64,000 bases of DNA, taken from NCBI GenBank assembly GCA_964036045.1, contig OZ038378.1:187302001-187366000 (forward strand), in the 5' to 3' direction. Numbering within the stretch: the stretch's first letter is position 1; every line of letters starts with the position of its first letter. The notes beneath the pieces are model-generated. The model was given only the letters and a program-made list of their open reading frames with translations, made no database searches and was not told the DNA's origin. The position numbers were made by a program, and so were the translations under genes. This stretch comes from Eutreptiella sp. 'Long Island Sound 2002'. Its lineage: Eukaryota > Protista > Euglenida. Below, piece after piece: positions 1 to 10,938 of this stretch.

Positions 1-28
1 GTGGGCGCGTGGTGTTTGGGAAATCATC

Positions 29-464
29 ATGAGTATGTATAAGTCAGGGAAACAATACCTGAAGGATGAGGCACCATTGACAGCTGAGAGGGAAAAACAG
101 AAGCGACGGGAAAAGAAGGCCAAAAAGAAGGCAAAACGACAGGCCCGGAAGGGGCGGGGAAGAAGGTTCGAGATTCGTCGGAGTCCTCGAGCAGTGACGG
201 TGAGACGAGTTCGAGTTCGAGCGAGGAGAGCTTCAACAGCTCCAACAGTAGCTCCGAATCAACCCCTAGAAGGAGAACCCGAGGACGCAGAGTTGGGGTA
301 GTGCCGAGTGGGGCGCCGGAGTTTAAAATCATCAATGGCAAGCGTCACTTCAAATCTCAGGCAGGAAGCTGGGTGGACTGCACTGCACCTCCCAGCAAGC
401 CGTGTGAGAGATGTGGACAGCGACATTGGTGGCATGAGAGGAAAGAGTTCAAGTGTTCCTGAAT
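29..464 (+). pseudogene. gag-like ORF1 remnant: basic K/R-rich stretch plus C-terminal Zn knuckle
   Basis: The frame from 331 reads INGKRHFKSQAGSWVDCTAPPSKPCERCGQRHWWHERKEFKCS* (Cx2Cx3Hx8C), immediately upstream of the pol-like frames. Confidence 0.6.
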
Positions 465-477
465 CGCTGGTGCACAA

Positions 478-963
478 GTGGTGCCAGGAGAGCAGGGCAA
501 GGGGCACAACGAGAGAGCAGTCCAGGAGGGGAGTGGAGAAGAGCGGAGAGGCCCCATGCCCCTTTCCCGTGTTCAGGGAGCTGACGAGTCCGTGCAGCAG
601 ATCCGCGAGGCCTTGTTGGGCGCAGTGGACGCGGCAGAACAGGAGCTGTGGAGCAAGTACATGGCGACAGTCTGGAAGAGGTTGGAGAAAAAGAGCAGAG
701 ACGGTTATGTGGCGGGCATCCGGCGATACCTTGGAGTCCTTCGCAGACGACCAGAGCTGGAGGTCCGGGGGCCCTCGAGGAGGCACGTGGAGCAAAACGC
801 TGACGCACACATGGTGAGTCAGACTCGGAGATTGCAGAGCGGCTGGCAAGCAGAGAAGAGGATAACTCCGAGGCAAAATATCACTTCGAGCACGCAGATG
901 CATGATGATGGGGGCGGAGAGAGGCCCGTACAACAAAGTACAACGGAGGAAACAAAGAACTAG
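478..963 (+). pseudogene. Possible N-terminal (core-binding) part of a tyrosine recombinase; catalytic part not visible
   Basis: VWKRLEKKSRDGYVAGIRRYL resembles the 'T..Y...WRRF' helix of retroelement YR N-terminal domains. No R-HxxR-Y motif found downstream. Confidence 0.4.
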
Positions 964-1313
964 GCGAGTTGCAAGACGTGCGATGCGATACAGGCGGTCA
1001 GTGGTCTGGCTGGTGTGCCGGGTGAGCAAGTTCCTTGGTTGAATGCCGCGCTGCTGTCAATGGTTCATGGAGTAGAGGATGCGATGAATTCCAAGGGGTT
1101 GGCCGGAAATGGAGTTCTGGAGGCCATGGTGACACTGTCACAAGCTAGCCTGTCACAGGCAAGCACTGAGTCCTACTATCCTGAGGATGAGGATGATTGC
1201 ATGGCTGATCCTGAACTGGCCAGCAGGGGGGTGGGGGCTGTGGGTAGTGTCCGAGTGGCCCCCAGTCTGTGGCAGCCGTGGGTACCAGGTGAATTGTGTA
1301 AGAGGTACCAGGA

Positions 1314-1953
1314 GTGGTATCCAAGGGCAAGGGGGTAAAGGAGATGCTAGAGGCCATACGAGTGGCAGGTGGGTTGAAAGCAACTGGAGACAGGCCGGCC
1401 ACGGGACGGGCGGTAGTCATCCCGAAAAATTCGGAAAAGTGCAGCATGATTTTGAACTGCAAGGAACAGAATCACGCGAGTGGAGTTAAGCCAAAAGGAT
1501 TCCGTTTACCGCAGGTGGAAAGGATATGTGACCGTCTGGTTTTTGAAAACAAGCAGTCGAGGTGGTGGATGTGTAAGTTAGATCGAAGCAACTGCTACTG
1601 GAGCATCCGACTGCCGGCCTAGTGGAGGAACAGTTTTCAGGTTTACATGCCTGGGGCGGGGGGGGGGGGGGGGGTATAGATGGACAAGGCTGCCCTTTGG
1701 TTGGTCTTTCAGTCTGGTGGTGTGCCAGAAATTGGTTTCAGGTATTGTTCGTGGTGTATTGGCCCGTCTGCAGGTAGATGGCTTTGTTTATTTGGATGAC
1801 ATTCTCCTTGTTGCCAGACGATCTAAGGTGAAACGAGGTGCGTGTTGTGTCGCACAGAAACTGCGTCGGGCAGGGTTTCTGATCAGTCCAATCAGTCCAA
1901 AGTCTGTGTGTGAGCCGACGCAGAGGTTGGACTTCATTCATTCAGTGGTTTGA
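1314..1953 (+). pseudogene. Reverse transcriptase, DIRS-type, disrupted
   Basis: Motifs AVVIPKNSEKCSMILNC, KLDRSNCYWSI, YRWTRLPFG and GFVYLDDILLV. Stop at 1620-1622, an expanded G-run at about 1651-1676, and a frameshift. Confidence 0.9.
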
Positions 1954-1998
1954 TACGGAGAAAGGGAGTGTGGGGAACAAATTAACAGTTAACAGGGA

Positions 1999-2765
1999 TT
2001 GTTGGTTGGAATCCTGGGACTGTGGGTTTTGGCTGTGATTGGACCGTTTGACTCCCTATTAATGTCACGCCTCCTGGGACGTTTAGAATGGGCACTGAGG
2101 CCCAATGTAGGTGCAGCGGCTTTCCTAGCCGGTGCATATCAGTGGATGCAGGATAGCCATTTTCGCTGTGGGTTGCCTGTTTGGCGGTCTTTGATGACCG
2201 CCATTATTTTTGCTATATTGCCCCAGAGGCTTAGGCCTAATGTTTGTCCTGTCCTGCCTGTGAAGGGGGTGGATGATATGCATGTCTTGTTTTGTACGCA
2301 ATTCCGTCTAAGGATGGCCGCCGATTTTTCATGGGTGTGTACCTTCCAGGTCGAGGATACCGGCACTGGAGGTGTCCTAAATGGTCCAGGACTTTGCAAC
2401 AAGCAGAACTGCTTGCCATTGTACGCAGTTTTTAAGTGGTGGCTTTTATGGGCTGGAACAGAGCTTATTTGGGCTCAGATAGTTCTGTGGCACGTGCAGA
2501 GGCCACTTCTTTACGTGCTAGCACAACGTTGCACGTTCAGCAGCGTATACTGCGCCGTTTCTGTTGGTTCCGCTCCTGGTCACGACTGGGTATGACTGTT
2601 TTTTGGGTTAGTACTGAAGTGAACCCTGCAGATCCAGCGAGTCGTGCGTTTGATTTTCGTAGCAGTCACGAGATCCGTAGGAATGCAGACGGGCGTTTTC
2701 GTGCCTGGCAGTTTGCAAAGGAACCATTTCATGCCAGCACCCGAGTGCCACCTTTTTCTTGGTGA
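1999..2765 (+). pseudogene. RNase H domain of the YR retrotransposon, frameshifted
   Basis: LQQAELLAIVR, YLGSDSSVARA and FWVSTEVNPADPASR (DIRS RNase H W-x-x-x-x-N-x-A-D-x-x-S-R signature) spread over several frames. Confidence 0.85.
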
Positions 2766-2823
2766 GCTTACCCTGTGTTTTGTAGGTTCAGTGTGGGTGG
2801 TCTCGCATTCGCTCCATCATAAA

Positions 2824-3198
2824 GGGCCGGGCAGTAGAGGCATTGTGGATGGACTGCGACTGTCTTGTGTTGTCTGTGTGTTGGGAAAGAGGGATATAGA
2901 GCAGAATTATTGTTCGGCAGGAGACCTGTAGTTCGGGTGCGTTTATCCCTCTTTCCAAAGCAACAAAGTCTGGGTAGTCAGCATCTGTTGTATTTCCTGT
3001 TTTCTTATCCAGTGGTTTTTGAATTTTTGCCATGGTGGGCCCACCCACCCTCCCGGGTTTGCTGTATCTTTGACTCTGGGTTGAACAGAGGGACCTGCTG
3101 CCAGTGTTTAAGCGACGTTGGGCCGGGCAGGAGAGGCATTGTGGATGGACTACAACTGTCTTGTGTTGCCTGTGTGTTGGGAAAGAGGGATACAGAGC
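2824..3198 (+). repeat. Pair of 79-bp direct repeats (2824-2902 and 3120-3198) at the retroelement 3' end
   Basis: GGGCCGGGCAG..GAAAGAGGGATA(T/C)AGAGC occurs twice, with 5 mismatches by eye. Confidence 0.95.
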
Positions 3199-4845
3199 CG
3201 AACAAAGGAGTTAAAACTGCTGACCTTAATAAAAGTGCGCACGCACCTAGAGCTTGTTCAAAGGCAAGCCAAGCTATTGTAGAGACCCAGTGAACCACCA
3301 ACAACCTATCATTCAGTGAATGGACAAAGCTTCTCACACTGTCCCTTCAATGCTAGAAAAAGCAAACGAAAGCATGCAGCGCGATTAGGGTGTTTCCTGG
3401 ATTGGAACTTTACGATTGTGGGTTGAAAGGCATGGACCAAAGGGCATAGAAAGTGGGCAGCAAGGAGGAGACGCCGGTGGCATCAATACAACACTAGTAT
3501 TGGAGCAGTACATCGAAATGCGTATTACCGAACACCAGCGCCCTTTTGGCACAACAAGGTTGGCAGAGTGGCATGGATAAAGTGGTTTGCAACATGGTCT
3601 TCAAAAAAAGGAAGACCCACAAGATCCAGGGAACGTACTATGAAACAACATGTTTTGCACACCGACCTCCTCTGCCACCCATGCCCCTTTTCAAGTAGTA
3701 AAATTGGTGCAATACACTTCCTTGCAAAGTTGAACAAGTTGAACAAGCCGTCCACCAAGTACTGGTCCTCATGTCCCTCGAAAGAATTGCAAGTATGCTA
3801 CCATGCTAGGATATGCAATGGCGGATTTGTCGTCTTTAGCCTCCTGGCCCACTATGTTGGCTAGCTGAAGCAAAGTTTGATATACTGCAGAAAAAGGCAA
3901 TTGTTGAATTTGCAGGTGTTCCGCCAAACACAAATCCACAGTGCCCATGGCAGTGTGTTTGAGACACAAGCGTTAACCCATGTGCCTATCCACAGATTTG
4001 GACAATGTGTGTTTGACAGCGTTAAGCCTTGAAGCTTGTTGCCGTGCGCTACCAACGTGCCAGTTAGTTTGTGTGTCCCATACAACGACATGTATCCTTC
4101 CATGCTGACGTGTTTTAGTCCCCACGCCATTCTGAGGGACAAAACTACCTTGGTATTAGGTCGCCCAGAGGCCCGCTTTTGCAAGCAGTGTGTGTGCTAT
4201 GCTGTGTACTCTAGAGTCCTCACAACCCTATGAGCTCTAGAAATGGCCGCCAAAATCACCTTTGGTCGTACAATCTATGGTGCCACCGCTGCTAATTCCC
4301 TCAAAGCATCCTTTATTATCTCTGTCATACTGTTTAGGGGCCTGTGCATTTTGCTAAGACTTGGTATTAGCATGGGGGGCGTGTGGGCTAGTCAAGTACG
4401 TTGCATTGCGTTATAAATGCACACACATGCCAACACCCACCGCTGCCAGTACCATTCGTTTGTCGCCACTGGCACTCCAACTCTTGCGGGGGCCCAACAG
4501 TCTGCTACTGATTGTTCTACAGGCCACCATGAGCTTCTGAGACCCTTGCTTGTGTTTGCTTTGCACAGCATTAAGCACACACCCTGTTGTGCCTTACGGT
4601 GCACACCCAGACAATCATTTATCCGCCTCACTGATCACGATTCCAGATCAACAGTACAACTCGAACTACCAACGCCCTAATTAAGCAACTTGCGAGAACT
4701 GTACAAGTGAAGGCGAAAACCGTGATTCGCACTTCTCGCACCACCATCCGAAGCTTTTGAGCCCTTGCGTCGTGTGTGAGAACGTGAGGAACTGCGAGCG
4801 TTGGTAACTTTGGGTCTTCCTGAAATGGTGGTGTTTCCATATTCG

Positions 4846-4863
4846 TGTTTCCTTTCCCCTTAG
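4846..4863 (+). promoter_or_regulatory. Polypyrimidine tract plus AG upstream of the ankyrin gene; candidate trans-splice or 5'UTR acceptor
   Basis: GTGTTTCCTTTCCCCTTAG ends 25 nt before ATG 4889. Confidence 0.5.
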
Positions 4864-4888
4864 GTGCATTGTATAGTTGCACATTTGC

Positions 4889-6748
4889 ATGGACCGGGAG
4901 GGGGTCCGGGAGCTGTTGCACAGCCTGAGGAACGGTCCATTGTGGCCCGAGGATGACGAATTGGTGGCGAACCTCACGGTGCACGACATTGTTCGGATTT
5001 TTGAGGCTAAGGCTAAGGACAACGTCGAGGAGCAACTGAAGATCATTCGTGAGAAACAACGGCTCCAACGTGTCAAGGCTAATTTGCTGCTTCAGTCTCG
5101 GCAACGACGGGAAAGTTGGCAGGGGAAGGACAGTGCTCGGCGCGGTTCGCTGCAGGACCAATCGTTGGATTCGTCCACGAGTGCCACGGCCGTCGAAGAC
5201 GCTCGCCACGCCGACTGCCCAAGGGCAGACTCCAAACCACTCGGTGATTCTTTGCCCCAACACAACACAAGCGTGGGGAGTGCCCTGATTAAGTCTGATG
5301 ACACCAGCGCTCTGTCAATGGACCATGGGGCTGAATCCGCTGAGCAAACCACGTCAGCAGTAGCTTGCGACGGAGCCATCACAGCGGGTGACGTGCCCCC
5401 TGCAGCTTTTGTGCCGGCAAGTCAGCAGCTGGGCGTGCTTGGACAGTCACGACCACAAATGGATCCGCAGCAACAACCACCGTCGCCGGCAGACGCGAAG
5501 CTGTCTTGTGCGGACCGTGCGCGGAAGCAGCGTGCACTACTGAGGGCTTGTGTCAAAAATGATGCTGAGCGGGTCCAGGAGCTTTTGGCGCAGGGGGTGG
5601 ATGCCGACACGCAATGCCAGGATTTGTGTGTGACCGGCTTGTGGGCGGCTGCTGAGCGTGGCCATGCTGATGTAGTAGGGGCGCTGCTGGCTGCTGGGTG
5701 CCGCGTGAACGTCTCAAACAGGGACGGGGCCACTGCTCTCTATGTCGCCAGCCAAAATGGACACACGGAGGTGGTGCGACGCCTCGTGACAGCAGGAGCT
5801 GCCGTGGACAAGGCAAAGCCTTCGGGCGCCACTCCGTTGCTGATCGCTGTTCAGTATGGCAAAGACGATGTCGTCCAGGCCCTGTGCGCAGCCCGCGCCG
5901 ATCCCAACGTGGCCATGGGCAACGGTGTCACGCCGCTGATCACTGCCTGCTTGCAGGGCCATGGTGCTGTTGCAATGCAGCTGCTTGGGCGCGGAGCGAA
6001 TGCTCGCCACCAGGCCGTTGGCAAGAATTGCGTCAACTGGGCGATGGACACAGAACAGCATGACACGGCTGAGGCAGTAGTGGAGCATGTTTTGTTGCGG
6101 CGTAAAGTCACCGGTTGCTTTCTTGCGTGGAAGCAGTTTGTGCATCTGCAAAAGATGCCGCCTTTGCAGCGCAGCACTGAGTGGGACCAGGGGGCCGCGG
6201 CTGCTTCCGTTTCCTCGCCTCAAGCTGTGCCCCAGGGGTGCGTGCGCGACACTTTTGGACCCACATTGATGGAAATGCCCACGGGTCCGCCGGCTGAGCC
6301 TCAAGCAGACCCAGCTGCAGGGCTGCACGACACCGTCCGAGAGTGGCAATCGTGCGTCGAAGAGCCCCTGCCCGTTGGCCAGGCGATGGTGAGGGCGTTG
6401 GACCAAGGTTTGGTGGAAGTGGGCCCATTGAGGGGCGGACAGTTCCGCAAGGCGATTGAACGGGAAGAGCAGCGAGCCGTCGAATTCTTGATTGAGCGAC
6501 CCGTGCGGTTGTCGTCGGTCTATTACGGCCAGCAACACCCCATGAATGCAATGGTCCCGCATCGCAAAACAGAGAAAGCGTGGCGCGAGTTCCAAACGAG
6601 CCTTCAAAGCGCCGAAAAAGAGTTACACAATTCCCTCCATTTTTTGAACGATTCCTGGTTGTACACTTCCATCGCCAGGGCTCAGCATTTGTCTAGGTCC
6701 AGCATTAAACAGCGAGAGCAGTTCTGGAAACAGCTGTTGCCTCAATGA
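4889..6748 (+). CDS. Intronless ankyrin-repeat protein (about 6 repeats) with N-terminal helical/coiled-coil region, low-complexity linker and conserved-looking C-terminal helical domain, 619 aa
   Basis: Open 623-codon frame with first ATG at 4889. Repeats include VTGLWAAAERGHADVVGALL, ATALYVASQNGHTEVVRRLV, ATPLLIAVQYGKDDVVQAL and VTPLITACLQGHGAVAMQLL. Confidence 0.92.
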   Translation: MDREGVRELLHSLRNGPLWPEDDELVANLTVHDIVRIFEAKAKDNVEEQLKIIREKQRLQRVKANLLLQSRQRRESWQGKDSARRGSLQDQSLDSSTSATAVEDARHADCPRADSKPLGDSLPQHNTSVGSALIKSDDTSALSMDHGAESAEQTTSAVACDGAITAGDVPPAAFVPASQQLGVLGQSRPQMDPQQQPPSPADAKLSCADRARKQRALLRACVKNDAERVQELLAQGVDADTQCQDLCVTGLWAAAERGHADVVGALLAAGCRVNVSNRDGATALYVASQNGHTEVVRRLVTAGAAVDKAKPSGATPLLIAVQYGKDDVVQALCAARADPNVAMGNGVTPLITACLQGHGAVAMQLLGRGANARHQAVGKNCVNWAMDTEQHDTAEAVVEHVLLRRKVTGCFLAWKQFVHLQKMPPLQRSTEWDQGAAAASVSSPQAVPQGCVRDTFGPTLMEMPTGPPAEPQADPAAGLHDTVREWQSCVEEPLPVGQAMVRALDQGLVEVGPLRGGQFRKAIEREEQRAVEFLIERPVRLSSVYYGQQHPMNAMVPHRKTEKAWREFQTSLQSAEKELHNSLHFLNDSWLYTSIARAQHLSRSSIKQREQFWKQLLPQ

Positions 6749-7381
6749 GTGCGTTGAAGACCTAAGGGGCGAGGGGTGTGGCCTTTGTCACGCTTCCCGG
6801 TTCTGTGGCCAATGTAATGATATGGGGCCTCTACTCCAATCCTACCCTTTCCCTCAAATCACCTCTGCTACGAGTTATGAGGCTGGAACGGCTGTTTGTC
6901 CTTAGACAATGAGCCGAAGCACCTCTATGCATGGTCAACCTAGTAATCTTTCGATGGACCTCTTAGATTCACTCTTGATTCAAAGAGGAGTTTGTCTAGA
7001 TTAAAGTGCTTTGTCACATTCAGAAAGCAGGCAATGAAGGGGCAGGTGCCTGGCGGATGAGGGCTTCACCACTGTATCACACCGTCAAGAGACAACGAGA
7101 CTAGTTCCCCCAGCTGCAACACCACTGCTCTCCCCACCCCCAGCACCCCAGCAGTTTGTGTCCGTCTCACGCTCTCGTACCGAGGCCTTTGTTGTCGGGA
7201 GACGATGTCACTCCCGTGACTTATCTGGTGGAATACCGGGTACACACCGGAGCCTGTGAAACAGGAGACGGTGGCACGTCGGCTGTTTGGAGGCAAGTTT
7301 AATGCCGCACCATTGTCACCTATGAATATGCGTGAGCATGGCTTGCAGGTCGGGCTGAGCCGAGCATTAGGGTGAGTTTAA

Positions 7382-7845
7382 GGGGGCGCCTTAAGCGCAG
7401 TGCGTGTGCAGTGCGCGCGCAGTGCAACTATTTGGGCGTTTGGCCATAGTAGAAACCCATACTTTGTGGTACTTTGGGCATCATTGTCGTTTGATAGTAG
7501 GTTTTGATGCATTGGGGATCTGGCATTTTTGGATGTTCACCCTGTTTCACCCATTTCTACTTTTTTGCGCAATTTTTTCCCATTTCCACCACATCTACTC
7601 TTTTTCTCGGTTGATTGATATGGTGATACACTGTGAGGGTGCCTGCTACGGGACATCATACTTCCCTCCTCATTTCTGAGGCCCACTTTCTCCATGGATC
7701 TCAGTATTGGGGATAGGGTGTTCTACACCCGCTCCAATGGCTTGCGACCTCCTGCCACGGTGGTTGGGACGGCTGAAGACGGACTCCTCCACTTCGAATA
7801 CTACCAAGATGGGTTGAGAGTGGTGAATTGGCGATTCTGTATCCG
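7382..7845 (+). mobile_element. Left part of a GGGG-ended non-autonomous element (same family as 14429-15001), carrying a small SH3/Tudor-like ORF remnant
   Basis: 7382-7470 matches 14429-14500 (GGGGCGCCT(T/C)AAGCGCAGTGCG..GCAGTGCAACTATTTGGG..AGA(A/G)ACCCATACTTTG). ORF at 7694 reads MDLSIGDRVFYTRSNG. Confidence 0.75.
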
Positions 7846-7955
7846 TAGCCTTCGTATGCTCGTGTCCGTGCTGGAAGGATAATCGGTCACCACTCAGGCC
7901 GTGGGTGAGGCAATCGAAGTAACGGGAGAGAGAAGTACGTGATCATTCTCCTTAG

Positions 7956-8250
7956 GGGGAATCCTTGCACTGCGCGCTCACTGCGCGCACATTGTGCGCT
8001 ACTTTTAGACTATGTTCCCCCGAAGAGCCCCTAGGCACGCCCCTTAGAAACACCTTTAGAATTAGGCGACCCAAACTGGACTGGAGGGGACCTTGAGGGG
8101 GACCTTCCCAGTTCTTGTGGCAGTGGTGAAGGACCAGGGGCCTTTAGGGGGGAACTTGACGGTGTGTTGGGCGGCGGAGATGGAGGGCAGTCAGGTGGCG
8201 AGTCTAAACTTGGGATGGCAAAGGAGATGGACTCCATCTTGCATCAGCAC
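7956..8250 (-). mobile_element. Right end of the same element family, in reverse orientation
   Basis: The reverse complement of 7956-8050 matches 14905-15001 (GGGGCTCTTCGGGG(G/A)GAACATAGTCTAAAAGTAGCGC..GCAGTGCAA(G/A)GA(T/C)TCCCC). Confidence 0.8.
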
Positions 8251-10564
8251 GGATGTCAGGTCTATTCGCAGACACAGATTGAATCACCCCCTTTACCTCC
8301 GGTTTTCTCACCCCTTTGACTTGCTTTCACTCCACTCAATTCCTCCCTGTTTGCAAATTGCCAAAACCCAGTCTCTTGCTTGGCTTCGACCACGAGAGCA
8401 TCAGGCTCTGCCTGGTCTTGTAGCTGCCATCGTCACTGCCCCCACCAGGTCCAGGGCTGGGCCAGGCATGTGATTAGTCGTTGGCCTGCCCTAAGGGGGG
8501 TGGGTCCTCTGGAAATTTTGGTTGATTCGTTGGTTTGTTGGTTGGTTGGGTGGGTGGTGGTCTGGCATGCCCCCCCCCCCCATTTCTGTGATGGTCCTTT
8601 TTCCTCTCTGGATCCGTAGATGAAGAATGAATGCAGTGCAGAGGTGCAGAGTTGTTCAAAGTCCGCTGTGGTTGTGGGTCGTAGGTGACGGACACTGAGG
8701 TCCATGAATGCCAATCACTGAAACTGCAAATGGGGACGAGTTGCTTGGGGGAACTCCTTGAGTTAGTCCAACTCCTGTGCACAATTCCTGTGCATGAGGT
8801 CACATCGTGTAAAAAGACGTATCCTGGCTGCACATACATTGTTCTGTGCATATACTTCAAACCTCTCAAACGCTCCCTTCCCTTTGTCTTCCTCTTTGAT
8901 GAGCCGTCCTTGTAAATTTGGGGACAACCCCAGGACCCAAAAATGTCCCACTCCCACAGGGAGGGGCGGAGCTATTGGACAACCTCCCAGCCACCCACCC
9001 ACCGCCATTCCCAGAGGGACACAAACAAACAACAAGAGAGCAGAACTTTGTGCAGCGTTGGGTGTGTGATGTAAAGAAGCCATGGAAGGAAGTTGATGGG
9101 TACATGTATGGGCATACATGCAAGCAAAGGGGCACAAAGGGCTAATATTTCGGTGATGGAGGGCTTTTGCACGAACCTGATACGCACTCAAAGGAATAAC
9201 TCCAACAAGAAACTTGGACACTGCAGGACTAAGTGAACAACCTGAGAATTCACTGACAACAGGACAAGAAGAGGATGCAAAAGGAACGTTTGGCCCTGTT
9301 CGCGACCATCATGCGGGTTGCAGGGGTTTCTACACTTGCAGCGATCGACAATCCAGAACCTCATGACCTTCTCGTACTTTGTCTCCTTTCCTAGCTTAAC
9401 CGTGGTATCCGTGCCTGCGGTAATAAAGCACCCGCAAAGCGAGGCCGAGAACCCACAAGCAATTGCAATACAAATGAAAGAAATTTAAAGGATGTTGAGC
9501 CCAAAGTTCCTTGACTACCCGTCAATACAATGAGGTTACCACACATTAGCTCCACATTCACTATCCTTTTCAAAAACAGAAACATACTTGCTTGCATGTT
9601 TTCATTCCTTTATCGCATTCCTTCATTTTTTCGCCTATCCTCAGCGCCGCGCATTGCACAAACACATACGGATCATATGGATGGAATTCCACATGTGTTG
9701 ACATTATTTTCTGGGTTTACTGTTCACATTTACTAGGTCCATATGCTTGATTTGTGCTATGCAACCACTGCACCCATCTGTTCCCCAACCGCAGCAAACT
9801 AGGCAAACCTGGCACAAGCTACCATACGCCTTCCACCAAGAGTGCCCTTGTTGAAACAAATGCACCTTCACCTCATACAAGAGCAGAGCATTGCACAAGT
9901 ACATGGAACCGGTCTTTGATGCCTGGCACCACCAGAGGCAAATTCTGCCACCAGTGTCACAGCTTAATGAAGTGTCTGTTCAGTATCCGCAAGCATCACC
10001 CCAGCCACACCCACTCGCGGTGTCCCATTTGTGCAATCAAGAGTGCTCTTGGGGCTGTACCACTTTTATGGATTGAGGAGTCGGGGTGCACATGCAGGGC
10101 AACCGCCAAAACCTTCAGGATCAGTTGCTGTCCCACTGCCATAAGACAGAAACACCCCCTCTCCCTTCATGACCACGTTGGGGCAGCGACATTTACACTA
10201 CCGGGGGACCCCGGTACTTAATTCCACGTGCACTTGACGTCCACCGTATGATCCATTATGGTTGCATTTAGCGAGGGCATCTCTGCCCTGCCCTGGCTGG
10301 GCTAGCTGCTGCTCATGCCTTCATATCCATATCTGCTACCAGCTCCCTTGACCACCAACCTTTCTTTGATTGTCTTTTTCTTATTCCGCAACTGGTTTAT
10401 ACTTACATCTATGCCAAATCCTATTGAGCTAGGCCCTGCTTTCAAATCTACTAGACCTGTAGATTCCTTGCTTTGAGCACTTTGGTCTTCTTTGTCGTTC
10501 TCGCCATCCTGCTTGACTGCGCTACAATGCTAGTGATTTTATGCCACAGTGTGAGGGTGGCATA

Positions 10565-10938
10565 CCCCCCCTCCCCGTTGCGCAAGCACGGCCTTGTCTA
10601 AGCACGGGGTGGGCGTTGAACCGCTGTTTATAGGAATTTTTGGGACCACTGTTTTTGGGGTCCCAGATGCAGCATGGGGTTTTTCCAACATGCTACCACA
10701 CATTGCCACCCAATAATGTTTGTTTTGATGTGATTCTTAGCCATTCCTGATATTCCCCTTCCACAGCCTATCACCATCTGCATCTGAGGGCTCTCCTGGA
10801 TGTGGGCAGTCATGTGTGTTTGCTGTCATGTGTGCCACACACAAGCACGGTCTTGTTTAAGCACCGGGTGGGCGTTGAACCGCTGTTTTGCCTGGGGGTT
10901 TGGGACCGCGGCGGTGCTTGCGCAAGGGGGGGGCGGGG
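10565..10938. mobile_element. MITE with C-run TIRs and TA target duplication (Tc1/mariner-like)
   Basis: Left end TA|CCCCCCCTCCCCGTTGCGCAAGCAC, right end GTGCTTGCGCAAGGGGGGGGCGGGG|TA. Internal 46-bp direct repeat at 10584-10629 and 10843-10888. Confidence 0.8.

Larger units (their letters stand above)
1..3230 (+). mobile_element. Decayed tyrosine-recombinase (DIRS-order, VIPER/Ngaro-like) retrotransposon; 5' end outside the window
   Basis: Successive gag-like Zn knuckle, YR N-terminal-like helical segment, RT with YLDD and DIRS-type RNase H. Ends in two 79-bp direct repeats followed by TTAATAAAA. Contains in-frame stops and frameshifts. Confidence 0.85.

Noticed and set aside
259-1029. 256-aa minus-strand ORF
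   Set aside because: Antisense to the retrotransposon coding frames; no recognisable motif.
1651-1676. Programmed frameshift at the G-run inside the RT
   Set aside because: The element also has in-frame stops, and long G/C runs are pervasive here, so slippage decay is the simpler explanation.
3360-4230. Harbinger/ISL2EU-like transposase remnant on the minus strand (CIDAT, RSVCKTCCFIV)
   Set aside because: Motifs are scattered across frames with many stops; too degraded to call without a profile search.
5714-6607. 297-aa minus-strand ORF (and 4628-5263)
   Set aside because: Antisense shadow of the 4889-6748 ankyrin gene.
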